Assembly (NCBI GenBank): GCA_030267125.1
Contig: JAJDJJ010000003.1
Location: 309-64,308, forward strand
DNA length: 64,000 nt
Direction of reading: 5' to 3'
Source: Bacteroidales bacterium OttesenSCG-928-B11
Lineage (GTDB): Bacteria > Bacteroidota > Bacteroidia > Bacteroidales > WCHB1-69
A program made the position numbers and the translations under genes. Under the pieces are notes generated by a model. The model did no database searches and was not told the DNA's origin. It saw nothing but the letters and a program-made list of their open reading frames with translations. Of the stretch, positions 1-9,745 are shown piece by piece. Position 1 is the first letter of the stretch. Every line of letters starts with the position of its first letter.

Positions 1-153
1 CAACCAAGAGGCTGGCACTGAAATACCCTCCTTCAACTATTGCATTATTCGGTGTTATATTTAGCCCTTAGCCCTTCTCTGTCTGCAATATTTGCTAAGA
101 TCTATCAGAAATCCGTACTTTGTTAACCGCATATTTTAACCTGCGGAGCAAAA

Positions 154-360
154 TGTCCTGCAAGGACAGCGCACTATTAACCGTATTCTTCAGATTACGG
201 TTAATGATAGAACATCTCCCGTAAAGTCCCGCAGGGGACGATACTTATCTATATAGTTCTTCCCTCAAGTGTCGTTCCTGCGGGACTTGATAGGAGTGGT
301 GCCATCATTTCCTCCGTAGATTAAAATCTACGGTTAATAAAATGTCGTCCTTGCAGGACT
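154..360. repeat. REPIN/BIME-like nested palindromic element
   Basis: Outer inverted pair gtcctgcaaggac..tattaaccgta (154-185) / tacggttaata..gtccttgcaggac (329-360). Inner inverted pair aagtcccgcaggggacgatactt (224-246) / aagtgtcgttcctgcgggactt (267-288). Each unit is itself a small hairpin. Confidence 0.7.
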
Positions 361-430
361 TTTATAAGAAATATTTACCGGACAGCAATAATCGATTTTC
401 AAAGAAGTGTCTTATGTTGTAAAATGTGAA

Positions 431-467
431 AACAAAAAAAGTGTGGACTCGCCACACTTTTTTTGTT
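431..467. terminator. Intrinsic (bidirectional) terminator downstream of the lipoprotein gene
   Basis: aacaaaaaaagtgtgg-actcg-ccacactttttttgtt perfect hairpin with A/T tails, 20 bp past the stop of 487..1665. Confidence 0.85.
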
Positions 468-486
468 CTTTGAAAGTACAATTTTC

Positions 487-1665
487 TTAAAACGAATAGC
501 CTGTCCAGAAGAAAGCGCTAGTAGCACAACCACTATTACCGGCTTCTACTTTTACGTTTGGAAATGTATCTTCTCCAAATTTGTATTCGGCAGGATTACT
601 TGTCAATTGATTGGTGATACTGATTGTAGAAGTAGCATCTCCATTTCCCTTTTTATCAGTCATATCTATTATAGCACCTGCGCTTTTAACGCTTCCGGTA
701 CCTTTTACCAATGCATTAATGATATTGGCTTTCGCACCACGGCGAATTTTCAGAACATTGTTCATCTGTTGTGCAGGGTCGCTACTTGCTGCTAATTTCA
801 GATCAATCGTCATATTTTTAATAGTGAAGTTCGATTGATTTGAATGGTCGGGAAAATTTCCATCAAAGTTGCCGTCGGCTTCCACGCCGCTTGCATCCGA
901 TTCTGTGCTGGAATAACCTGCCGTCCAGATTCCGTAGCAATTTTCGAGCGTTCCATTCCAACCTTGTGTTACATCAAACATGTCGTCGTCAGAATTTACA
1001 ACCAACAGGTTTTTTACGTTTACGCTACCGCCGAAAAATTCAACTCCATCATCTGAACCGTGAGGAATGTAAATGTTTTCGATTACGGTTCCGCTACCAA
1101 CGCCGTTGAGTGTAAGTCCATTGTGCTCAACATCTGCACTTGAACGCGCTCCGGTATATTCAAGTATCAAGTAAGTGATTGAGCCGGAATTGTCAGCTGC
1201 ATTAGTTCCGCCATACGTGTAAGCAGAGTTAATTTCGGTGGAACCGGTTGTTCCGCCTGCGAGCGGTGCACGACCATTAATGATAAGTCCGCCCCAATCA
1301 CCTGCTTCCGGTTTGGCTGCATTTGAGGTCATTCTCACAGGTTTTTCAGCCGTTCCTTTGACATTGATTTTACCGCCTTGCAATACGAGAATGTAATTGC
1401 TAAACCCTTTTTTTGCTTTAATTGTCGTTCCGGCGGGAATGTTCAAAACGCCGCCCTCTTCCACAATTAGCGGACCATCCAATAGATACACAACCGAAGC
1501 ATCGAGGGTTTTGGCGTTTGTTATCGAACCCGATAAGCTATTCTCAGCTACAGGTCCATCCGGGTCATCTCCTTCTTTTCCTTCTTTCTCGCAAGAGGTT
1601 AGTACTACGGAAGCTGTCAATGCGACTGCTCCCAAAAATTGTAAGAAAAATTTGTTCTTTTTCAT
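487..1665 (-). CDS. Surface lipoprotein, probable beta-helix fold, partner of the TonB-dependent receptor
   Basis: Lipobox VLTSC, followed by motifs GDWGGLIING, NGLTLNGVGSGT and DDGVEFFGGSVN typical of Bacteroidetes beta-helix lipoproteins. Co-oriented directly downstream of the TBDR. Confidence 0.75.
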   Translation of the reverse strand: MKKNKFFLQFLGAVALTASVVLTSCEKEGKEGDDPDGPVAENSLSGSITNAKTLDASVVYLLDGPLIVEEGGVLNIPAGTTIKAKKGFSNYILVLQGGKINVKGTAEKPVRMTSNAAKPEAGDWGGLIINGRAPLAGGTTGSTEINSAYTYGGTNAADNSGSITYLILEYTGARSSADVEHNGLTLNGVGSGTVIENIYIPHGSDDGVEFFGGSVNVKNLLVVNSDDDMFDVTQGWNGTLENCYGIWTAGYSSTESDASGVEADGNFDGNFPDHSNQSNFTIKNMTIDLKLAASSDPAQQMNNVLKIRRGAKANIINALVKGTGSVKSAGAIIDMTDKKGNGDATSTISITNQLTSNPAEYKFGEDTFPNVKVEAGNSGCATSAFFWTGYSF

Positions 1666-1701
1666 CTCTTTAAAAATTTAATTGTGAATAAATGTATTTT
1701 G

Positions 1702-4482
1702 TTAAAATTTGTAACTTAATCCAAGACTAAAATCATGTCCTTTCTTAAATTCGTTGAGCGTGATTTTTTCGCCTGACGAACTCTCGCGTGTTAAGCGATA
1801 AGGCAGATTTAGCAGATTGGATGCTTTTATTTTTATAGCGAAATGTTTATTGAATGTATAGGATGCTACAAAATTGAGCGTTGGAACACTTTCCTCGATA
1901 ATGTCGTTAAATCCTCCCGCTCCAATAGTATGAATACGGGCACTGAAATAGTTGAACACAAGCGACAGTGCTAAGTTTTGCTCTTTCTTCGTGAAATTAT
2001 ATGATATATCGGCATTGACGAGGAACGGGGAAGCTCCTTCGAGAGCGCTGTTTCGGACTTCGGTATTGCGAATGTCAAGTTTGAGATTGGTATAAATATA
2101 GGATGCGCTCAATCCAACCGAAAGGCGGTTTGTTTGTTCCTGTTCGGCTTTGATACGGTTGAAAATATTTTTACGGAATTCCAACTCTACTCCGCCTACC
2201 GTTGCCTTATCGCTGATATTATTGTAGGTAAGCAAGCCGGCGGAGTTGCCTTCATCCACACGACCAATCGGGTTTTGGATATATTTGTAGAAACCGGTAA
2301 GCGAAAGCAACTCGCTTGGACTTATATAATAATCCCATTTCAAATCCACATTGTAATTGTCCGAAGGCTTCAGATTAGGATTTCCCTGACTTGCAAAGGA
2401 GATATTCACATACTGATAGGGGGAAATTTCCTTCGATTGTGGCAGTGTGTAGGTCTTGCTCGCGCCTAAACGAATGGAGTGTTTATCATTGATGTCGTAT
2501 TTCAAATTGAGGTTCGGCAAGAAATAATTTTTGTCATTTTCTACTGTCCCGGGTGCGACGTGCTGCACTTGATAATCAATATCCATATCCACAATATCCA
2601 TTCTCAAACCGATGCTTCCGCTAAGTTTTTTCAAAAACTGATAAGATGCTTCTGCAAATGCGGAGTGAATATATTTTGTTACATCATAAGTATTGGCATC
2701 GCCGGTTGTCATACGGAATTTATTATCTGTTAGATTTGCTTGGTTGTACAGGTCGTCTAATTTTACATCCTCTATATTGAAAAATCCGCTTACAGCACTA
2801 AAGTTATATTCGACTGCTTCGAAATTGGTATTGGAAAAACGACCGACATATCCTATTTTCAGATGATTGTTCTTGGAGCGATTGTTGAATTGGTACGTCA
2901 AGGCGGCTTTTACATTGATGTCATCTTCTGTCAGCGCAGAAAAAAATCGTTTTTGTCGATTGCTTCCGGTCAAGATATAAGAATCTCCATCCTGTTGAGA
3001 GAAATAGTTTTCGCGTCTGTCGGGTTCCAGCAAGCCGGTTATAAGGTTGTACGAAACACCCACATCTAATTTTAATTTCTTAGACAATCCCCAGTCCGAC
3101 AATAATTGATTTGTCAATAACATATTATCGTTGGTTTGTTGACGGCGCATAAAACCGATGTATTCGGGACTGTCCTGATGACGTTCGGAATTATAGCCCG
3201 AATATTCGCCCACATATTGGTGATTGGCATGAACAAGCATGAAATTATACTGTAAACTGTGCTTGCGATTCATGTCGTATCTCAAATTTGCAAGGATGAT
3301 TTGGTTGGTGTTTTGCGAATATTTATCGCCCGTTTGGTCTTGCCAAACAGTTCCTGCCGTGTTGGAATTGCGGATAGTCTCTTCTGTAAAAGAGTAATCG
3401 ATGTTGTGCGTTACCACCGCAAAAAAGGAAAGTGGGTTTTTATTTTTTCCCAGTTTAAACAACTTACCGCCAGAGATGCCAAAACTGTGATTCAAAGGTA
3501 GCGACACCGTTGAAGGGTCTAAGCTGTTGGGGAAATCAAATTGATTATTTTCAGGTTGTTTTCTGTTGGCAAATCCGAAATAATTGGAGCCGTCCTGACG
3601 GAGAAAACCGCTTGTTCCGATAGCTGCAGTATTTACGCCTGCCGATACATCAACTCCCAACGCATAATCGTCCTCTAATTCTTTAGATGAGATATTGATA
3701 ACGGCACCGCCCACATCGGAATAATCGCCGGCACTGAACACTTTACTTACGCTGATGTTTTTGATAATATCCGTTGTAAAAAAATCCAATGAAATATTTT
3801 TGTATTCCGGGTCTTCGGAGGGAATTGGAAACCCGTTGAGCAGCGTAATATTGTAGCGGTCGCCTAATCCGCGAACAAACACATTCTTCACGCCCTCCTG
3901 TCGAGATACGCCCGAAACTTGCGCCACCGCCGCCTGCGCATCGCCAATTCCTTTGCGTGAAAGTTCATTAGCACCAACGGATTGCGTAGCGACTAATGCT
4001 CTCTTTTGATCCATTATCAATGCGTTTTCACTTTCTCGATTGACCCGGGTCGTCACCACAACCGTTTTTAAAAGAACCTCATCAGATCTTAACGACAACG
4101 TAACCTCAGTCTCTTTTCCGGCCTCAACGATCACGCCCTCTTTTTTGAGAGGCAAATAACCAAGATAAGATGTAACTAATATATATGTACCGGCAGGAAC
4201 GTCATTAATAATGAAATTTCCACTTAAACTTGCGGCCGCACCAGTGGTAGTACCTTCAATCCTAACAACCGCGCCAATAAGAGGCGCAACGGTGTTGCTG
4301 TCAACAACAACTCCTTTTATCGTACCGGTTTGAGCAAAAATCACCGTACTCATAAAAGCAAAAATTAAGCACACAACTATCCGCAGTAAAAATGGATTGC
4401 GACTCTCCCCTTTAAAAATTTTCAACTTTAACACATTCATTTTCATTCTCTTTTTCCTTGCTTTTTCACTCTTAATAATCAT
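1702..4482 (-). CDS. TonB-dependent outer-membrane receptor with N-terminal carboxypeptidase-like domain (start uncertain, 4434-4482)
   Basis: GTIKGVVVD...PLIGAVV N-domain, plug motif VFVRGLGDRYN, GNPNLKPS, C-terminal LGLSYKF with terminal Phe. Confidence 0.9.
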   Translation of the reverse strand: MIIKSEKARKKRMKMNVLKLKIFKGESRNPFLLRIVVCLIFAFMSTVIFAQTGTIKGVVVDSNTVAPLIGAVVRIEGTTTGAAASLSGNFIINDVPAGTYILVTSYLGYLPLKKEGVIVEAGKETEVTLSLRSDEVLLKTVVVTTRVNRESENALIMDQKRALVATQSVGANELSRKGIGDAQAAVAQVSGVSRQEGVKNVFVRGLGDRYNITLLNGFPIPSEDPEYKNISLDFFTTDIIKNISVSKVFSAGDYSDVGGAVINISSKELEDDYALGVDVSAGVNTAAIGTSGFLRQDGSNYFGFANRKQPENNQFDFPNSLDPSTVSLPLNHSFGISGGKLFKLGKNKNPLSFFAVVTHNIDYSFTEETIRNSNTAGTVWQDQTGDKYSQNTNQIILANLRYDMNRKHSLQYNFMLVHANHQYVGEYSGYNSERHQDSPEYIGFMRRQQTNDNMLLTNQLLSDWGLSKKLKLDVGVSYNLITGLLEPDRRENYFSQQDGDSYILTGSNRQKRFFSALTEDDINVKAALTYQFNNRSKNNHLKIGYVGRFSNTNFEAVEYNFSAVSGFFNIEDVKLDDLYNQANLTDNKFRMTTGDANTYDVTKYIHSAFAEASYQFLKKLSGSIGLRMDIVDMDIDYQVQHVAPGTVENDKNYFLPNLNLKYDINDKHSIRLGASKTYTLPQSKEISPYQYVNISFASQGNPNLKPSDNYNVDLKWDYYISPSELLSLTGFYKYIQNPIGRVDEGNSAGLLTYNNISDKATVGGVELEFRKNIFNRIKAEQEQTNRLSVGLSASYIYTNLKLDIRNTEVRNSALEGASPFLVNADISYNFTKKEQNLALSLVFNYFSARIHTIGAGGFNDIIEESVPTLNFVASYTFNKHFAIKIKASNLLNLPYRLTRESSSGEKITLNEFKKGHDFSLGLSYKF

Positions 4483-4499
4483 TTCTATTTCTCATTTAT

Positions 4500-4567
4500 T
4501 TTCGCGGCAAAAGTAGAATGCGATAGTTACAATGTTTCGTAGGAATTGTTACGGTTTGGATAAGAAT
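4500..4567 (-). promoter_or_regulatory. Promoter of the TBDR operon with putative Pho-box-like direct repeats; near-identical copy upstream of pstS
   Basis: Minus-strand TACTTTTG -7 element (plus caaaagta 4508-4515). GTTAC at 4526 and 4548 (22-bp spacing). ~68 bp shared with 20004-20071. Confidence 0.7.
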
Positions 4568-4780
4568 GGAGGAGTTGAGAGTAATCTTTATACTTTGATA
4601 AGTTAACGTTGTTATTGGCAGACGAACAGAAAAATATGATTGACAAATATTGAGGGAGAGATACAGCTTGTTGATATGATTTATCTGAAAAAAGGATTTA
4701 TATGCCTGATATATTCATATTTTTATTATCTTTGCAATTGTGTTTAAAAGCACAATAATCAATGTTTTTAATCTTCAATT

Positions 4781-5098
4781 ATGGATATAGACGCAATTAT
4801 AAATATCTCTCCGGATTCTATCCTAAAAGGAATTGCCCTAAGGGTTAAAGAGAAAAGACTTGAGCAAAATCTTACACAAAAGGCATTCGCCAAACGTGCA
4901 GGCGTTGGGTATGATGCATATCGTACATTTGAGAATACCGGAGATATTACGCTTCGCAATCTTGTTTTGTGTGCCATCGCTTTAGATGATGCGGATGGTT
5001 TTACGGAATTGTTTACAAAAAAATCATATCAAAGCATAGATGAACTATTGAAAGCTCAAGAAGTTAAAAAAAGAAAGAGAGGCTCGCGCAATGAATGA
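4781..5098 (+). CDS. XRE-family HTH antitoxin (HipB-like)
   Basis: HTH_3-like LTQKAFAKRAGVGYDAYRTFENTG; overlaps the start of the HipA-like gene by 8 bp. Confidence 0.8.
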   Translation: MDIDAIINISPDSILKGIALRVKEKRLEQNLTQKAFAKRAGVGYDAYRTFENTGDITLRNLVLCAIALDDADGFTELFTKKSYQSIDELLKAQEVKKRKRGSRNE

Positions 5099-6176
5099 AG
5101 TGAAAGTGATAGAAGTTTTTATGAACGCTGCAAAAGTTGGGCGGATTGCAATGACACCCGATTCTCTTTCTGCTTTTGAGTACGATTCCGACTATTTATT
5201 ATCCGGTAATTCTATTTCTCCATTTTATCTTCCGCTTAAAAAGGAACTGTTTATTGCCAAACGTACTCCCTTTAATGGAAATTTTGGTGTGTTCGATGAT
5301 AGCCTTCCTGATGGTTGGGGGAATTTGATTCTCGATAGGTACCTTCAAAGCAAAGGGATTAATCCGCATAAGCTAACTATTCTTCAACGATTGGCATTAA
5401 TTGGCAATACCGGACGCGGAGCCTTGGAGTATCGACCGGATTATAGTAAATCTACTGCCGATGAAATTATTAATTTCGATAAATTGGCTAATGAAGCGGA
5501 AAAGATTCTCACTTCCGATTACGAAGGAGATTCTTTGGATACTTTGTACAAGTATGGAGGGTCTTCGGGTGGAGCAAGACCGAAAGTGTTTGTCAAAATT
5601 GACGGCAAGGAATGGCTTGTCAAGTTTAAAGCGGCAATGGATCCGCCAAATATCGGAGAAATAGAGTATAAGTACTCATTGCTTGCCAAAAAATGCGGTA
5701 TCAAGATGCCTGAAACCAAACTTTTTGAAGGAAAATATTTTGGAGTGGAGCGGTTCGATAGAACACCTGATAGTAAAATCCATACGGTAAGCGCTGCCGG
5801 ACTTTTGAATGCGGATTACCGTGTGCCAAGTTTGGATTATGGAGATTTATTGCAATTGTGTCATATCCTTACTAAAAATATGGAAGAAGTGTATTCACTT
5901 TTCCGCCAGATGGTTTTTAATATCGCCATCAGAAACCGCGATGACCATGCAAAGAATTTTGCATTTCAGTTAATTAATGGAGAATGGAAACTTTCTCCTG
6001 CTTACGACCTTTTGCCGAGCAGCGGATTTAACGGCTTCCACACCACAACGATCAACAACTCCGGCGAACCGACAACTGATGACATAATGGCTGTTGCTAC
6101 TAAAGTCGGACTGAATAGGCAGCGAACGATGGAAATAACACAAGAGGTAGAGGAGCTTGTAAAAGAAGACAAATAG
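5091..6176 (+). CDS. hipA: HipA-family Ser/Thr kinase toxin
   Basis: DSLPDGWG, SSGGARPK (P-loop), RFDR, NRDDHAKNF catalytic loop and LSPAYDL motifs. Confidence 0.9.
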   Translation: MNEVKVIEVFMNAAKVGRIAMTPDSLSAFEYDSDYLLSGNSISPFYLPLKKELFIAKRTPFNGNFGVFDDSLPDGWGNLILDRYLQSKGINPHKLTILQRLALIGNTGRGALEYRPDYSKSTADEIINFDKLANEAEKILTSDYEGDSLDTLYKYGGSSGGARPKVFVKIDGKEWLVKFKAAMDPPNIGEIEYKYSLLAKKCGIKMPETKLFEGKYFGVERFDRTPDSKIHTVSAAGLLNADYRVPSLDYGDLLQLCHILTKNMEEVYSLFRQMVFNIAIRNRDDHAKNFAFQLINGEWKLSPAYDLLPSSGFNGFHTTTINNSGEPTTDDIMAVATKVGLNRQRTMEITQEVEELVKEDK

Positions 6177-6411
6177 TGAAATTCAGCGATTTTGTGAGGA
6201 ATCTGAATTGCTGAAATGGGTATCTTTGTAGATAGGAAATTTGAAGTAGTAAATGTGTCAATTGGACACAATATGACAGATAAATGATAAATTTTGCGAG
6301 TACTCTAATGGGGATTTGAAAGATGTGAAACTTGTAGAAAATGACCAGATTCCTCTTGGAAAATGTTGAAAACTTTTTTGTAGTAAGCAATAACAATTAA
6401 AGAAAAAATAT

Positions 6412-6433
6412 TACTTTTGACAAAAAATGTCAA
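6412..6433 (+). promoter_or_regulatory. Promoter -7 box overlapped by a TTGACA-N5-TGTCAA palindrome (candidate controller-protein operator)
   Basis: tacttttg at 6412-6419 overlaps ttgacaaaaaatgtcaa at 6417-6433, just upstream of the XRE gene. Confidence 0.55.
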
Positions 6434-6458
6434 GTCAAATTATTCAAAACGAAAAAAT

Positions 6459-6773
6459 GTGAGTATTAATCAAACTATAGGCGAAATTCTCAGAGAGAAC
6501 AGAGAAAAGAAAGGGCTACTTCTTAGGCAAGTTGCAGCTCTTCTTGATATTGATACCGCTATACTGAGTAAAATAGAACGCGGAGAGAGAAAAGCGAATA
6601 AAGGACTAATAATCAAACTTGCTGAAATTTTAGGTTTAAATAAAGAAGAATTATTAATCCATTATCTGAGCGAGAAAATTGCTTATGAATTGGTAGATGA
6701 GGATGTTGCTTCGCAAACTTTGAAAGTTGCAGAAAAAAGAGTAGAATACCTAAAAGCTCATAAGTCACAATGA
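6459..6773 (+). CDS. XRE-family HTH regulator, controller (C-protein)-like, heading the R-M operon (GTG start at 6459 preferred over the track's 6417)
   Basis: IGEILRENREKKGLLLRQVAALLDIDTAILSKIERGER HTH; ATGA overlap with the downstream R-M gene. Confidence 0.8.
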   Translation: MSINQTIGEILRENREKKGLLLRQVAALLDIDTAILSKIERGERKANKGLIIKLAEILGLNKEELLIHYLSEKIAYELVDEDVASQTLKVAEKRVEYLKAHKSQ

Positions 6774-9745
6774 ACATAAAACAACTCATAGAAAAATATC
6801 AGTCGGACAGATATTATTATCTGACTAATAAATACAACGAAACACTACTTCGGAGCGATTTCCTTGACCCTTTTTTCGAGTTGTTAGGTTGGGATATAAA
6901 AAACAATGCAGGAAAACCGACCAACGAACGAGAAGTGATTTTGGAAGAAGCATTAAAGGCAAATGCTTCGGAACATTCTAAAAAACCGGATTATACATTC
7001 CGTTTGTTTTCTGAAAGGAAATTCTTTTTAGAAGCGAAGAAACCATCTGTTTCTATCGAATCAAATAATGATACGGCAAAACAAGTCCGAAGATATGGTT
7101 TTACCGCCAAATTGAAAATTTCTGTTTTGTCGAATTTTGAATATCTTATAATTTACGACACTTCGGTAAAAGTCGAAAAAGACGATACTTTTCAGAAAGC
7201 TATCATAAAAAAATATCATTATACCGAATATGAAAGCAAGTTTGAAGAAATCAAGAAATTGATAGGAAGAGATTCTGTTTATACAGGTTCTTTTGATTTA
7301 GAATGGAAAAATATTGAGGATAAAATTAATCACTATTCGGTTGATAATCTTTTTCTTACTCAAATAAATGAATGGAGAAAAGCGTTAGGAACAGAAATTC
7401 ATAAAAACGAAGCTGAAATTAACGAGCAACAACTGAACGATATCGTTCAGAGCTATTTGAATCGGATTTTATTTCTACGAGTGTGTGAAGATAGAAATTT
7501 AGAAGATTATCAAACGCTGTTGAAATTTGCCAATGAAAATGATTTCAAGGCTTTGATTCAAAAATTTCAAGAAGCAGATAAACGATATAATTCAGGGCTA
7601 TTCGACCAATTATTAAAAGAGAAAATCATTGAAAACGTAAGTTCTGTATTTTGGTCTATTATCAGGCAATTATATTATCCTGAAAGCCCTTATTCATTCA
7701 GCGTGTTCTCGTCTGATATATTGGGACGGATTTACGAAATTTTCCTTTCAGAAAGATTAGCTATCAAGAATGGAACAGTTGAGTTGATAAAGAAACCTGA
7801 AAATATAGACAGGGACATTGTAGCTACGCCAACTTTCATTATCACGGATATTTTAAGAAGTACTGTTTTGCCTAAATGCAAGGACAAAACCGATGAAGAA
7901 ATATTGCAGTTAAAATTTGCTGATATTGCGTGCGGTTCAGGAGCTTTTTTGTTGGAACTTTATCAATTACTGAATGATATCCTTGTAGATTATTATTTGA
8001 AAAACAATAAATCCAAACTTATACAAACCAATATTAACACTTACAAACTTTCATTTGAAACAAAACGAACGCTGTTATTGAATTGTGTTTTTGGTATTGA
8101 TAAAGATTTCAATGCGGTAGAAGCCACAAAATTCGGTTTGTTATTGAAATTATTGGAAGGTGAAGATATTAATACAATTAGTAATACAAAACCTGTTTTG
8201 CCCGACCTTTCCACAACTATCTTTTTCGGAAATAGCTTATTAAATCCTAAACAAGTAGCTAAGGAAAATCAAACAATTATCAATCCTTTTGATTTTTCAA
8301 AGTTGCGTTTTGATGTGATTGTTGGCAATCCTCCTTATATGAAATCAGAGGATATGAAAAATATCACACCCCTTGAATTACCACTCTATAAAGAATATTA
8401 CGAATCCGCTTACAAACAGTTTGACAAATACTTTTTGTTTTTAGAACAAGGTTTGAATCTCCTGACCGAAGACGGCGTTTTAGGATATATTGTGCCGAGT
8501 AAGTTTACAAAAGTTGGGGCAGGAAAAAATCTCCGAAAACTACTTACAGAAAATGAGTATATATATTCAATTGTATCTTTTGGGGCAAATCAAGTTTTTA
8601 ACGATAAAACTACTTATACTTGTTTGCTCATATTAAGTAAGAAACAACATGCCACTTTCCAGTATGCCGAAGTCAATAATTTAGAAAAATGGAAAGTCCG
8701 AGAACCTGAATCAATGAAGTTTTCCGAGAAAAAAACTTCCGATTTAACCGATGATGTTTGGATATTGGTTTCTCCCGAATTAACCAACGTTTACGATAAA
8801 ATAGTTACTCAAAGCATAAAGTTAGTAAATTTAGTTGGGGATGAAAATATTTTCAATGGCATACAAACCAGTGCGAACAATATTTATATTTTCACTCCAA
8901 CAAAGGAAGATGACAAGTATTATTATTGGGGCGACAACAATCAAATAGAGAAAAACTTTACGAAACCCTATTTTAAAACGTCTTCGGGCGATGATAATTT
9001 GTACACTTATCGCACCTTTAAACCCAATGCAAGAGTCATTTATCCATACAAAAAGGTCGGCGATAAAGTCGAATTAATATCCTTAATTACAATCGAAAAG
9101 AAATATCCACATGCTTATGCCTATCTTCAAAAGCATAAAAACAAATTGGATAATCCAAGCAGGGATACAAAACCCATTCCTCAAACAAAAAATGAATGGT
9201 ATAGATATGGAAGACACCAAAGTTTGGACAGTTGCGGATTGTCTTCAAAAATTATTGTTGGAGTTCTTTCTGTTGGCGATAAATATGCCGTTGATACTCA
9301 CGGAACATTGATTTCTTCGGGCGGAACAGCAGGTTATTGCGTGGTTGCAGTTCCCGAAAATTCAGACTACTCCATTTATTACATTCAAGCTATTCTAAAC
9401 TCAAAATATTTAGAATGGTTTAGTTCCTTATATGGCGAAGTTTTCAGAGGCGGCTATATTGCGAGAGGGACAAAGGTTTTAACGAATCTTCCCATTAAGG
9501 AAATAGATTTTTCAAATTTACAAGAAAAAGAGCTACACGATAAAATTGTGTCAATACAAAAAGAATTAATTGCAATCCACGATGAAATAGATGCAAATGC
9601 AGGAAATAAAAGAGTTCTAACACCACTGCAAGGACAATTTCAGCGAGAAAAAGCAGAATTAGATAATACATTAGCCCAATTGTACAATTTAGGCAACGAA
9701 GATTCATTAATCCCTTTAATCAAAGAATTGTATGAAGCTAATTAA
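6770..9745 (+). CDS. Type IIG (Eco57I/BpmI-like) bifunctional restriction endonuclease-N6A methyltransferase
   Basis: N-terminal nuclease KKPDY...FLEAKK, motif I DIACGSGAF, motif IV VGNPPY, C-terminal target-recognition region. The 991-aa size and the separate downstream MTase match the Eco57I architecture. Confidence 0.9.
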   Translation: MNIKQLIEKYQSDRYYYLTNKYNETLLRSDFLDPFFELLGWDIKNNAGKPTNEREVILEEALKANASEHSKKPDYTFRLFSERKFFLEAKKPSVSIESNNDTAKQVRRYGFTAKLKISVLSNFEYLIIYDTSVKVEKDDTFQKAIIKKYHYTEYESKFEEIKKLIGRDSVYTGSFDLEWKNIEDKINHYSVDNLFLTQINEWRKALGTEIHKNEAEINEQQLNDIVQSYLNRILFLRVCEDRNLEDYQTLLKFANENDFKALIQKFQEADKRYNSGLFDQLLKEKIIENVSSVFWSIIRQLYYPESPYSFSVFSSDILGRIYEIFLSERLAIKNGTVELIKKPENIDRDIVATPTFIITDILRSTVLPKCKDKTDEEILQLKFADIACGSGAFLLELYQLLNDILVDYYLKNNKSKLIQTNINTYKLSFETKRTLLLNCVFGIDKDFNAVEATKFGLLLKLLEGEDINTISNTKPVLPDLSTTIFFGNSLLNPKQVAKENQTIINPFDFSKLRFDVIVGNPPYMKSEDMKNITPLELPLYKEYYESAYKQFDKYFLFLEQGLNLLTEDGVLGYIVPSKFTKVGAGKNLRKLLTENEYIYSIVSFGANQVFNDKTTYTCLLILSKKQHATFQYAEVNNLEKWKVREPESMKFSEKKTSDLTDDVWILVSPELTNVYDKIVTQSIKLVNLVGDENIFNGIQTSANNIYIFTPTKEDDKYYYWGDNNQIEKNFTKPYFKTSSGDDNLYTYRTFKPNARVIYPYKKVGDKVELISLITIEKKYPHAYAYLQKHKNKLDNPSRDTKPIPQTKNEWYRYGRHQSLDSCGLSSKIIVGVLSVGDKYAVDTHGTLISSGGTAGYCVVAVPENSDYSIYYIQAILNSKYLEWFSSLYGEVFRGGYIARGTKVLTNLPIKEIDFSNLQEKELHDKIVSIQKELIAIHDEIDANAGNKRVLTPLQGQFQREKAELDNTLAQLYNLGNEDSLIPLIKELYEAN

